A DNA stretch of 54,991 nt from Candidatus Omnitrophota bacterium (GCA_043812035.1 JBDRMR010000034.1:1-54991); one strand, 5' to 3'. Positions 39,623 through 48,822 are shown, counted from the first letter of the stretch. Notes: generated by a model from the sequence alone, not told the origin. Translations and numbers: made by a program.

Positions 39623-40627
39623 ATGGGTATAAAGTGGAAAGACTTTCAGTTGCCCAAGAGGTTAGAATGTGAGGAATCTACATATACGAATAAATACGGT
39701 AAATTTTTCGCCGCTCCTTTTGAGAGAGGTTACGGAGTAACGCTGGGCAACTCCCTGAGGAGAACGCTGCTTTCTTCGATAGAAGGAAGCGCCGTTACCT
39801 GGATAAAGTTCGAAGGCGTTGACCATGAATTTTCGACCGTCTCCGGCGTATTAGAAGATGTTCCGCAGATTATCCTGAATATTAAGAACCTGGTTGTTAT
39901 ATCCCACTCCAAAATCCCCAGGAGCGTCTATATAAAGAAGGACGAGAAGGGAGAGATTAAAGCGTCGGATATTACCGCCGATGAGACCGTAGAAATAATT
40001 AATCCGGATTTGCGCTTAGCCACGTTAACGCAGGACAAAAAATTTAACCTGGAAATGGAAGTCGCTCGCGGGCGTGGATACGTCCCCGCGGAAGCTAACC
40101 GGAAAGAAGGCCAATCGATAGGTGTTATTCCCATAGACTCGGTGTTCAGCCCGGTGAAGCATGTGAATTTTACCGTCGAGAATACCCGGGTAGGCCAAAG
40201 AATGGATTACGAAAAATTAATCCTGGAAATCTGGACCAACGGCGGAATAACGCCTAAGGACGCGCTCCTGTATGCTTCCAATATTCTGCAGAGGCACCTG
40301 GACATATTTGTAAATTACGGGCAGCTGCCCGAAGAGGAAGAGGAAGAAGTAGAGCTGACCAAAGAAGAAACCGAACTATACGAGAAGTTGAAATTGCCCA
40401 TTTCCGAGCTTGAATTGTCGGTGAGGTCTTCAAATTGCCTGCGCGAGGCGGGCATTAAGGCAATCGGAGAATTGGTCACCAAAACCGAAGACCAGCTGTT
40501 AAGTTTCAAGAATTTCGGGAAAAAGTCGTTGACCGAGATTAAAGAGCTCTTAATCGGCATGGGACTGACCCTCGGGATGAAATTCGACCAGGAAAAGATT
40601 AAAAATTATGAGGCACCGCAAAAATAA
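39623..40627 (+). CDS. rpoA: RNA polymerase alpha subunit
   Basis: PFERGYGVTLGNSLRRTLLSS, GRGYVPA, ELSVRSSNCL and NFGKKSL. Confidence 0.98.
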   Translation: MGIKWKDFQLPKRLECEESTYTNKYGKFFAAPFERGYGVTLGNSLRRTLLSSIEGSAVTWIKFEGVDHEFSTVSGVLEDVPQIILNIKNLVVISHSKIPRSVYIKKDEKGEIKASDITADETVEIINPDLRLATLTQDKKFNLEMEVARGRGYVPAEANRKEGQSIGVIPIDSVFSPVKHVNFTVENTRVGQRMDYEKLILEIWTNGGITPKDALLYASNILQRHLDIFVNYGQLPEEEEEEVELTKEETELYEKLKLPISELELSVRSSNCLREAGIKAIGELVTKTEDQLLSFKNFGKKSLTEIKELLIGMGLTLGMKFDQEKIKNYEAPQK

Positions 40628-41135
40628 ACTTAATCTAAACCGCTTTACCAGCTGGCGCAAAGCCACCTTGAGGAGCCTTAGCAGAAGCCTGCTCATACAT
40701 CAGAGCGTGCGCACCACCAAGCGAAAGGCTAAGGCAGTGAGGCCGTTAGTGGATAAGCTTATAGGCCTGGGCAAGAAAAACGACCTTGCCTCCCGCCGAA
40801 GAGCCTTTTCTATTTTGCAGGACCACAAATTGGTTCAATCTTTATTCTCGGAAATTGCGCCGCGGTACCGCAATCGAAACGGCGGATACTGCCGCGTATT
40901 GCCTATGGGGTTCCGCAGGGGAGACGGCTCCCAGCTCGCCATCCTCGAACTCACTGAAAGGGCAAAGGAAGAGAAGAAACCCGTAAAAAGAAAAGAGGCC
41001 CCGCCAAAGCCAAAAGAGGAAGTTTCTAAACCCGCGGCAGAGCGCGAGAAAAAGCCGCCTAAGGTAATCAAGCCAAAGAGAAAGTTCTTAGATGGTTTGA
41101 GAAAAATATTTAAGAAAGAAAGAGACGCCCTTTAA
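40608..41135 (+). CDS. rplQ: 50S ribosomal protein L17 with a long C-terminal extension
   Basis: MRHR, RNGGYCR and RRGDG, then about 55 aa of K/E/P-rich tail. Confidence 0.96.
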   Translation: MRHRKNKLNLNRFTSWRKATLRSLSRSLLIHQSVRTTKRKAKAVRPLVDKLIGLGKKNDLASRRRAFSILQDHKLVQSLFSEIAPRYRNRNGGYCRVLPMGFRRGDGSQLAILELTERAKEEKKPVKRKEAPPKPKEEVSKPAAEREKKPPKVIKPKRKFLDGLRKIFKKERDAL

Positions 41136-41145
41136 CTCTTCGGCG

Positions 41146-42399
41146 ATGCCAAAGACAATTGCAGAAAAAATATTAAGCCGGCATTCTAAAAAGGACTTGC
41201 GCGCGGGAGATTTTGCCGTTTGCAAGGTTGACTTCGCCTTCGGCCAGGACGGGACTTCCTCGATAATAATCGACCGCTTAAGAGAGCTGAAAGTAAAAAA
41301 ACCCAAAACCGAATTCTGCATGGTCATTGACCACAATGCGCCTTCTCCCACGGAAGGGGCTTCTTCGGTGCACAAAAAGATGCGCGAATTCGCAGCCCAA
41401 GCAAACAGCCGGCTTTTTGATATCGGGTGCGGAGTTTGCCATCAGGTTATTCCGGAATCGGGCCTGGCCCTGCCCGGCGATTTAATATTAGGCGCGGATT
41501 CTCACACCTGCACCTACGGGGCGTTGGGCAGCTTTGCCACCGGGGTCGGCTCAACAGATTTAGCCTTAACATTAGCGACCGGTAAAAACTGGTTCCGCGT
41601 TCCGCACACAATTAAGATACTTATAAAAGGCAGGTTGCCAAAAGGAGTTTTTGCAAAAGACGTAATCCTTTTTATCATAGGCGACTTGAAAGCAGGCGGC
41701 GCCACTTATAAAGCTATTGAATTCTGCGGACCTGTCATAAACAGGCTCGGAATGGACGGCAGGTTCACCATTTGTAATATGGCGGTGGAGATGGGCGCGA
41801 AGTGCGCGTTTATGCCGCAGGATAAAAAAACTTTTTCCTGGCTGAAATCAAGAGGGATTGATACCGGAGAAATTAATTCCGTGAATGCGGATAAGGGGGC
41901 CGGGTATTGCCTGGTCAAGGAGTTCGACGTATCCGATTTGGAGCCCCAGGTTGCCTGCCCTCATTCCGTGGATAACGTAGCGCCGGTTTCCAAATTGAAG
42001 ACGACAAAGCTCGACGAAGCTTTCCTGGGGACTTGCACAAACGGCAGGACGGAGGACTTAAAAATCGCGGCGAGGATATTGAAATCCCGTAAGATAAAAT
42101 CCGGGCTAAGATTAATTATTGCTCCTGCTTCCGGTCCGGTATTTATGGACGCGATGAAATCGGGCATAATTTCCACTTTTCTCAAAGCCGGCGCGGCGAT
42201 AGTCGCTCCGGGTTGCGGCCCTTGCGTGGGCACGCATTGCGGCGTCCCCGCAAACGGAGAAGCGGTCGTCTCTACCGCAAACCGTAACTTCAAAGGCAGG
42301 ATGGGCAACCCGAATGCGTTTATTTATCTGGCTTCTCCGGCCACGGTTGCCGCTTCGGCAATAGAGGGAAAGATTACCGACCCACGCAATTACTTATAG
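41146..42399 (+). CDS. leuC: Aconitase-family dehydratase large subunit (LeuC/HacA type)
   Basis: DHNAP, GVCHQ, GADSHTCTYGA, GTCTNGR, PGCGPCVG, STANRNFKGRMG and YLASPA. Substrate is uncertain. Confidence 0.85.
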   Translation: MPKTIAEKILSRHSKKDLRAGDFAVCKVDFAFGQDGTSSIIIDRLRELKVKKPKTEFCMVIDHNAPSPTEGASSVHKKMREFAAQANSRLFDIGCGVCHQVIPESGLALPGDLILGADSHTCTYGALGSFATGVGSTDLALTLATGKNWFRVPHTIKILIKGRLPKGVFAKDVILFIIGDLKAGGATYKAIEFCGPVINRLGMDGRFTICNMAVEMGAKCAFMPQDKKTFSWLKSRGIDTGEINSVNADKGAGYCLVKEFDVSDLEPQVACPHSVDNVAPVSKLKTTKLDEAFLGTCTNGRTEDLKIAARILKSRKIKSGLRLIIAPASGPVFMDAMKSGIISTFLKAGAAIVAPGCGPCVGTHCGVPANGEAVVSTANRNFKGRMGNPNAFIYLASPATVAASAIEGKITDPRNYL

Positions 42400-42407
42400 G
42401 AGGAAAA

Positions 42408-43454
42408 ATGGAACTTAAAGAGCTTCTTACGCTGAGCGTTGAAAAAAAAGCTTCGGATTTACATATAACAGAGAAAGAGCCTCCGATATTGCGCATTCAC
42501 GGTAAATTAATACGCACTAAGTACCCCGCGCTATCCAGAGATGATACCAAACGCATAATTTATTCCATACTAACCGACACTCAAAAAGAGATCTTCGAGA
42601 AAGAGCTCGAATTGGACTTTTCCGTAGCTTTGCCGGGGTTAGACAGATTCCGCGTCAACGTCCATATGCAAAAAGGCTCCGTAGAAGCGGCGTTGAGGCG
42701 GGTCCCCACCGAAATACCTTCCCCTTCGGATTTAGGACTGCCGCCCATAACTATAGATTTAATCCGCAAGCCGAACGGCCTGGTATTAATCACCGGCCCG
42801 ACCGGCGTGGGTAAAACTACAACCTTAGCGGCCCTTATCGACCTGATTAATAGAGAAAGAGAGTGTCTTATAATCTCCATCGAAGACCCTATAGAGTTTA
42901 TACACACGAACAAAAAGAGCGTGATTAAACAGAGACAGGTCTATTCCGACACAAATTCTTTTGCCCAGGCGCTCAGGCACGTCTTAAGACAGGACCCGAA
43001 TGTCATTATGGTGGGCGAGATGCGCGATTTGGAAACCATATCGACGACTCTGACTGCCGCCGAGACCGGCCACCTGGTTCTGGCTACCCTGCATACGCCC
43101 GACGCCCCTCAGACAGTTGAAAGAATCATCGATGTTTTTCCGCCCCATCAACAGCAGCAGGTAAAACTGCAGCTGGCCAACTGTCTGCAAGGAGTGGTTT
43201 CGCAGTTGTTGCTCCCACGTCTCGACGGCAAGGGGTTAATTCTGGTGAACGAAATTATGATAGTCACGCCGGGCATCAGGAACCTTATCCGCGAACAACA
43301 GATTGAGCAAATTCCTACTCTGATGCAGACAGGCAGTCAATACGGAATGAAGACAATGGATAAGTCCTTAAAAGAGATGTTTAATCAGGGTCTGATTAGT
43401 CTGGACACGGCGATGTCCAAAGTTAAAAACATAGATGAATTCCGCCAACTATAG
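42408..43454 (+). CDS. pilT: Type IV pilus retraction ATPase PilT
   Basis: ASDLH, RFRVN, Walker A GPTGVGKTTT, IEDPIE, LRQDPNVIMVGEMRD, AETGHLVLATLH and IRNLIRE. Confidence 0.93.
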   Translation: MELKELLTLSVEKKASDLHITEKEPPILRIHGKLIRTKYPALSRDDTKRIIYSILTDTQKEIFEKELELDFSVALPGLDRFRVNVHMQKGSVEAALRRVPTEIPSPSDLGLPPITIDLIRKPNGLVLITGPTGVGKTTTLAALIDLINRERECLIISIEDPIEFIHTNKKSVIKQRQVYSDTNSFAQALRHVLRQDPNVIMVGEMRDLETISTTLTAAETGHLVLATLHTPDAPQTVERIIDVFPPHQQQQVKLQLANCLQGVVSQLLLPRLDGKGLILVNEIMIVTPGIRNLIREQQIEQIPTLMQTGSQYGMKTMDKSLKEMFNQGLISLDTAMSKVKNIDEFRQL

Positions 43455-43464
43455 TAAGTAAATT

Positions 43465-43983
43465 ATGGAATTAAATGGCAAAGCGATAAAGTTAGGAGAC
43501 GATATCAACACCGATTTTATCATCTCGGGAAGATATAAGTTCTCCATCACCGATATCAAAGAACTATCCAGGCACATTATGGAAGATATCGACCCCGGGT
43601 TTCATAAAAAGATTATTCCCGGCAAAACAATTCTGGTATGCGGGAAAAATTTCGGTATGGGCTCCTCCAGAGAACAGGCGCCCCTGGTTATAAAAGAGTC
43701 GGGCATAATTGCCGTTGCGGCAATTTCATTCGCGCGCATTTTTTACCGGAACAGCTTTAATATCGGCTTGCCTTTGGTTGAAGCCGACACAACCGCAATA
43801 AGAGAAGGCGACGATTTAGAAATAAATTTTACCGGCGGCGCAATTAAAGACCGAAGCCGGGGCATTCAACTGTCGATAGGCACAACGCCCGGGATAATGC
43901 AAGAATTGCTGAAAGCGGGCGGAGCGGTTAATTATTATAAAAAGTACGGCGGATTTCCCGAATTCCATAATTATGGCGCATAA
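43465..43983 (+). CDS. leuD: Aconitase-family dehydratase small subunit (LeuD/HacB type)
   Basis: GDDINTDFII, GKNFGMGSSREQA and SFARIFYRN. Confidence 0.85.
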   Translation: MELNGKAIKLGDDINTDFIISGRYKFSITDIKELSRHIMEDIDPGFHKKIIPGKTILVCGKNFGMGSSREQAPLVIKESGIIAVAAISFARIFYRNSFNIGLPLVEADTTAIREGDDLEINFTGGAIKDRSRGIQLSIGTTPGIMQELLKAGGAVNYYKKYGGFPEFHNYGA

Positions 43984-45061
43984 AGTCACTTTAATCCCCG
44001 GCGACGGAATCGGCCCGGAGGTTACCTCAGCGGCAAAAAGATGCGTTGAGGCAACCGGCGTGAAGATAGAATGGGAAGAAGCCATTGCCGGAGAAGAAGC
44101 CGGAAAGAAGTTCGGACAACTGCTGCCGGATTCTACCTTAGAATCTATCAAGCGCAACAAGGTAGCCATAAAAGGGCCTATCATCACGCCCATAGCCGAA
44201 GGGTTCCGCTCGGTAAACGTAGCCCTGAGGCAAAGCCTGGATTTATACGCTTGTCTTCGCCCCGCTAAATCCTATCCCGGAGTCAAGTGCTTGGCTGCGG
44301 ACATAGACCTCGTAGTAGTCCGGGAAAATACCGAAGATTTATACGCGGGCATTGAATTCCAGGAAGGCGATTCCAAGACAAAAGAAATTATCAAAACGGT
44401 TCAAAAATATACCGGAAAAAAAATCCTTCCCGATTCAGCCATTTCTTTAAAGCCCATCTCCAGGACCGCTTCCGAAAAAATAGTCAGATTCGCCTTCGAA
44501 TATGCTTTAAAAAATAAAAGAAGGAAGGTTACGGCGGTGCACAAAGCCAATATAATGAAATTTAGCGACGGACTGTTTTTGAGCGTCGCGCGTCAGATAA
44601 GCAATGAGTATGCCGGCAGAGTCGAATTCGAGGATAGAATCGTAGACAATATGGCAATGCAATTAGTGCAAAAGCCTCGTGACTACGATGTCTTGGTTTT
44701 GCCCAACCTCTACGGCGATATCATCTCGGATTTATGCGCGGGTTTAGTCGGAGGCCTGGGAGTTGCGCCGGGAGCGAATATCGGGGATGATATAGCTGTT
44801 TTCGAAGCGGTGCACGGCGCAGCCCCTAAGTATAAAGGAAAAAATAAGGTTAATCCGGCGGCGATGATACTGTCAGGCGTTATGATGCTTAGGTATCTGA
44901 AGGAAGAGCGGGCTGCGAAGAAATTGGAAGAGGCGTTGATTGGTGTCCTTGCAGAAGGCAAGGACGTCACTTACGATTTAAAACCTGAACGCGACGATCC
45001 TTCGGCAGTCGGGACGCGGGAAATGGCGGATGCCATTATCAAGAAGATAAACGAAGTTTAG
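43973..45061 (+). CDS. icd: Isocitrate dehydrogenase, probably NADP-dependent
   Basis: PGDGIGPE, KGPIITP..GFRSVNVALR (isocitrate-type), RENTEDLY, VHKANIMK, NLYGDIISD, HGAAPKY and VTYD. Confidence 0.8.
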   Translation: MAHKVTLIPGDGIGPEVTSAAKRCVEATGVKIEWEEAIAGEEAGKKFGQLLPDSTLESIKRNKVAIKGPIITPIAEGFRSVNVALRQSLDLYACLRPAKSYPGVKCLAADIDLVVVRENTEDLYAGIEFQEGDSKTKEIIKTVQKYTGKKILPDSAISLKPISRTASEKIVRFAFEYALKNKRRKVTAVHKANIMKFSDGLFLSVARQISNEYAGRVEFEDRIVDNMAMQLVQKPRDYDVLVLPNLYGDIISDLCAGLVGGLGVAPGANIGDDIAVFEAVHGAAPKYKGKNKVNPAAMILSGVMMLRYLKEERAAKKLEEALIGVLAEGKDVTYDLKPERDDPSAVGTREMADAIIKKINEV

Positions 45062-45127
45062 CGTATAGCGTAGAGCGTAGAGCGGATAGTAAGGCTCTAT
45101 ACGCTAAACGCTATCCGCTAAACGCTA
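45059..45127. repeat. Heptamer-based inverted repeat element, copy 3 (its first triplet is the icd stop)
   Basis: TAGCGTA TAGCGTA GAGCGTA GAGCGGA TAG, TAAGGCT, then CTATACG CTAAACG CTATCCG CTAAACG CTA. Confidence 0.9.
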
Positions 45128-45135
45128 AAATATTT

Positions 45136-46071
45136 ATGAAAGTATCCATAATCGGCGCCGGAAATGTCGGCGGCTTAACCGCAATGCAGCTGTGTTCTTC
45201 GGTCCCTGGGGAGATTGTATTAATCGACATTGCGCCTGGTCTGGCCTATGCCAAGACGCTGGACATCAGCGACGCGCGGTTTATATTCAAAGCAAATTCC
45301 CGCATCCGGGGGACAGGCGACATAAGCAGGATAGCCGGTTCAAACATCATTGCAATTACTGCAGGCCTGCCCAGGAAACCCGGAATGACCAGGGAGGAAT
45401 TGGGACAGAAGAACGGAAGGATTATCAAAGGCATATGCCGGGAAATTAAACGCTTGTGCCCGGAGGCCGTTGTGATAGTAGTCACGAATCCTTTAGATGT
45501 AATGACTTATTTAGCCTTAAAAGAAACGGGCTTGCCGCCATCCCGGATTTTAGGCATGGGTTTGTCGCTGGATGCCTCCCGCCTGGCTAATCTTATTGCC
45601 GAGGAATTAAATGTCAGTATTGAAGAAATAGAACCCTGCGTAATCGGAAGTCACGGCAAAGGGATGCTGCCTTTGAGCCGCTTTACCAAAGTTAACGGAG
45701 CGCCTCTCGACGGTCTACTTAATAAAGAAAAAATAAAAGAGCTTGTTCACAGAACCGTAGACAGGGGAGCCGAGATTGTTGCTCAATCAGGCAGCGCAAG
45801 TGCATATTTCGCGCCTTCAGCCGCAATTGCGGAATTAGTAAAAGTCATTGCTGGAGACGAAAAACGCATTTTACCGGTATCTGTCTACCTTAACGGCGAA
45901 TACGGATTAAGAGACCTTTGCATCGGTTTGCCTTGCCGCTTAGGTAAAAAAGGCGTCGAAGAGATTATCGAATTAGCTTTAAGCGAGGAGGAAAAGGCAG
46001 CCTTCTTGAATTCGGCTGAATCTATCAAAAAACAGATTTCCGCAATAAACGCTAATGAATTACGCTTATGA
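45136..46071 (+). CDS. mdh: Malate dehydrogenase (LDH-like)
   Basis: GAGNVG, AGLPRKPGMTREEL, VTNPLD, LDASR, GSHG and SAYFAP. Confidence 0.88.
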   Translation: MKVSIIGAGNVGGLTAMQLCSSVPGEIVLIDIAPGLAYAKTLDISDARFIFKANSRIRGTGDISRIAGSNIIAITAGLPRKPGMTREELGQKNGRIIKGICREIKRLCPEAVVIVVTNPLDVMTYLALKETGLPPSRILGMGLSLDASRLANLIAEELNVSIEEIEPCVIGSHGKGMLPLSRFTKVNGAPLDGLLNKEKIKELVHRTVDRGAEIVAQSGSASAYFAPSAAIAELVKVIAGDEKRILPVSVYLNGEYGLRDLCIGLPCRLGKKGVEEIIELALSEEEKAAFLNSAESIKKQISAINANELRL

Positions 46072-47371
46072 CCTCGCCGTAATCGGGGCAGGATGGGCCG
46101 GCTTCAATGCGGCGCTTAAGGCAAAGAAACACGGCCTCAATGTAGTTTTGATTGAAAAAGAGAAAATCGGCGGAACCTGTCTCAACCGCGGATGCATTCC
46201 CGCCAAAGCATTAATCCAATCGGCAAAAGTCTATTCCCTCTGCCAAAAATCGGCTAAATTCGGCATAGAGATAGCCGGTTCAAAAATAAACTTCCCGGAA
46301 GTGCAAAAGAGAAAAGAAGCAATCGTCGGCCAGCTCGGCAAAGGCATAGAGTTTATGCTCAGAGATATCCCCCTTCTTAAGGGCGAGGCTCGATTCATCT
46401 CTAACGAAGAGCTAAGCGTCGGCGGGGATAAAATTAAAGCAAAACATATTATTATCGCCTCCGGCTCAAAACCTCTTCAATTGCCGGATGTAAAATTCGA
46501 CGGTAAAAAGATTGTCTCAAGCAACGATGTTCTTAATTTAAGCAGGATTCCGGAATCGCTTTTGATTATCGGCGGCGGGGTAATCGGGTGCGAGTTTGCC
46601 TCTCTATTTTCCGCTCTGGGAGCCGACGTTACTATTGTCGAGCTGATGCAGCATATTCTACCTCAGGAAGACAACGAAATAGCGAAAAGGCTAGAGGGCA
46701 TTTTCAGAAAAAGAGGTATTAAAATATACGTCAATACAAACGTCAAATCAATGGATTTAGAAGAATTTTCTTTAGCGCTCCAATGCGTAGGCAGAGCTCC
46801 CGAATTGGAAAGCCTGGATTTAAAAAAGACCGGTATTCTGACACAGAAATTTAAGCTTTCCAGCGAGAAAATCGTCACAGACGAACATATGAATACCAAC
46901 ATCCCCAATATTTTCGCTGCGGGAGACTGCGCCGGAGGCAAACAGCTGGCGCACGCAGCCGCTCACCAGGGCAGAATCGCGGTAGAAAACATCATCCATC
47001 CGGGCCGGGCCAGGCAGATAGAGTCCCGGCTGATTCCTAACTGCATATTTACCGCGCCCGAGGTGGCCAGCGTCGGAATTACGGAGCAAGAAGCCGGAGA
47101 AAACGGCATTGAGCCGAAGATAAATAAATTCGATTTCCTCGGCTCAGGTATGGCCCGTATTATGGATGAGGCGGAAGGATTCATTAAAGTGGTTTCCGAT
47201 AAGAATACCGGCGGCATCCTCGGAGGGTCAATTATCGGCCCAAAAGCAACCGAACTAATCGCAATAATGACGGTTGCCGTCCAATCCCAGCTTAAATTAT
47301 CGCAATTGCGCGAGATAGTCTTTGCGCACCCCACCCTGTCGGAGTCCATCCACGAAGCAACAGAAGATTAA
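46055..47371 (+). CDS. lpdA: Dihydrolipoamide dehydrogenase (E3)
   Basis: GGTCLNRGCIP redox disulfide, GGGVIGCE, LAH and HPTLSE. Confidence 0.92.
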   Translation: MNYAYDLAVIGAGWAGFNAALKAKKHGLNVVLIEKEKIGGTCLNRGCIPAKALIQSAKVYSLCQKSAKFGIEIAGSKINFPEVQKRKEAIVGQLGKGIEFMLRDIPLLKGEARFISNEELSVGGDKIKAKHIIIASGSKPLQLPDVKFDGKKIVSSNDVLNLSRIPESLLIIGGGVIGCEFASLFSALGADVTIVELMQHILPQEDNEIAKRLEGIFRKRGIKIYVNTNVKSMDLEEFSLALQCVGRAPELESLDLKKTGILTQKFKLSSEKIVTDEHMNTNIPNIFAAGDCAGGKQLAHAAAHQGRIAVENIIHPGRARQIESRLIPNCIFTAPEVASVGITEQEAGENGIEPKINKFDFLGSGMARIMDEAEGFIKVVSDKNTGGILGGSIIGPKATELIAIMTVAVQSQLKLSQLREIVFAHPTLSESIHEATED

Positions 47372-47372
47372 A

Positions 47373-48026
47373 ATGAAATCCGGGATTTTTGACCTCGGAC
47401 TAACTGATTTCCGGCAAGCCTGGGAATTTCAGAAAAGCATATTCCTCAGGGTAAAACAAAACGAATTATCCTCGGCGCTCATTCTCTGCCGGCATCTCCC
47501 GGTGATTACGATAGGCAGGAGCGGCAAAAAAGAAAATATTTTATCCGGAGACAGCCAATTAGAAAAATTAAACATAAAAATCTATGAAATAGAGCGCGGG
47601 GGAGACGCAACATACCACGGCCCGGGCCAGCTGTGCATTTATCCCATAATTAACCTCGCTGATTTTAAGAAGGACATAAACTGGTATCTAAGGAGTCTCG
47701 AGGTATTACTCCTTGACGTGCTTTCTGATTTCGGAATTAAGGCGCAAACCCGGCCCGGGCTCACCGGCATCTGGACAGGCCGGAAGAAGCTCGCCTCAAT
47801 CGGAATATCCGTAAGAAACTGGATAACCTTTCACGGCGCCGCTTTGAACGTAAAAAACGATGATTTGGCCAATTTTTCCTTGATTAGACCCTGCGGCATG
47901 GATATAATAATGACATCGATGGAAGATGTTCTAAACGAAGAGGTAAGATTCGATAAAATTAAAAGAATTTTAACAAGGAGATGGTATGAGGCAGGTAGTT
48001 TTGCCGGAGCTGGGCGAGGGGATTGA
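47373..48026 (+). CDS. lipB: Octanoyltransferase LipB (start revised to 47373)
   Basis: RGGDATYHGPGQL, KLASIG, HGAALN and the catalytic IRPCG. Confidence 0.92.
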   Translation: MKSGIFDLGLTDFRQAWEFQKSIFLRVKQNELSSALILCRHLPVITIGRSGKKENILSGDSQLEKLNIKIYEIERGGDATYHGPGQLCIYPIINLADFKKDINWYLRSLEVLLLDVLSDFGIKAQTRPGLTGIWTGRKKLASIGISVRNWITFHGAALNVKNDDLANFSLIRPCGMDIIMTSMEDVLNEEVRFDKIKRILTRRWYEAGSFAGAGRGD

Positions 48027-48225
48027 AGGCGCTAACGTAACCTACTGGTATTTCAAAGAAGGCGCCGGCGTAAAGGAAGGAGAGGACCTGGTCGAATTAG
48101 CTACGGATAAGGCCACGTTTAACCTTCCCAGCCCCTGTTCGGGCACGTTAAAACAAATATTATTAAACGAAGGAGAGGCTGTAAAAGTCGGCGAAGTTTT
48201 GGCCATCATCGAAGAGTCCTCCTAA
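47986..48225 (+). CDS. Stand-alone lipoyl-domain protein
   Basis: LPELGEG, ELATDKA (lipoyl-Lys), SPCSG and GEAVKVG, i.e. an E2-type lipoyl domain with nothing else. AGGAG RBS. Confidence 0.9.
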   Translation: MRQVVLPELGEGIEGANVTYWYFKEGAGVKEGEDLVELATDKATFNLPSPCSGTLKQILLNEGEAVKVGEVLAIIEESS

Positions 48226-48228
48226 AAG

Positions 48229-48822
48229 ATGTGGTATTGGATATTCAGAACGGGAGCCGTCATAACATTGAAATTGTTTTTCCGACTTAATGTTCGTGGC
48301 TTGAAAAACTTACCCTCAAAAAACAATTTCATAGTAGTTTCCAACCACGCTAGTTTCCTGGACCCCTTCATTATCGCCGCCGCAATTCCCAAGAAAATCC
48401 ACTGCATATCCTCCAGATTTCTCTATGGAATTCCCTGGCTCAAATGGTCGTTAGAAAGATTGGAAGCGTTGCCGACCGGCGGCTCATCTCAAAAGGCAAT
48501 TGATTATTTATCCAAAAACGAAGTCGTCGGCTTATTCCCGGAAGGAGGCTGCTCCCGTGACGGAAAACTGAGAGAATTCAGAAACGGCGCGGCTCTGTTA
48601 GCCCTTAAGACCGGAAGGCCGATAGTCCCTTGCGCGATTTTGGGCTCTTTCGGCGTCCTCCCCTTGAGAGCCAGGTTCCCAAAGTTTCTTCACATAAAGG
48701 TAAAAATCGGCAGGCCGATATTTTTATTAAAATCATTTGACGACGACGTCGACGAACTGCGCTTGCAGGAGGGAATTTTTAAAATCAGGAATACCATTGA
48801 GGAGATGTTGAATGCAGGATAG
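48229..48822 (+). CDS. PlsC-family (lysophospholipid) acyltransferase
   Basis: NHASFLD (HX4D), FPEGGCSR and PIVP. Confidence 0.9.
   Translation: MWYWIFRTGAVITLKLFFRLNVRGLKNLPSKNNFIVVSNHASFLDPFIIAAAIPKKIHCISSRFLYGIPWLKWSLERLEALPTGGSSQKAIDYLSKNEVVGLFPEGGCSRDGKLREFRNGAALLALKTGRPIVPCAILGSFGVLPLRARFPKFLHIKVKIGRPIFLLKSFDDDVDELRLQEGIFKIRNTIEEMLNAG

Noticed and set aside
22755-45127. Heptamer elements as CRISPR arrays
   Set aside because: Units are 7 nt with no unique spacers, arranged as inverted arms, and there are no cas genes.
47322-47372. Longer LipB start, and likewise the rpsN start at 32403
   Set aside because: These overlap lpdA or a hairpin. Downstream ATGs at 47373 and 32418 give family-typical N-termini.
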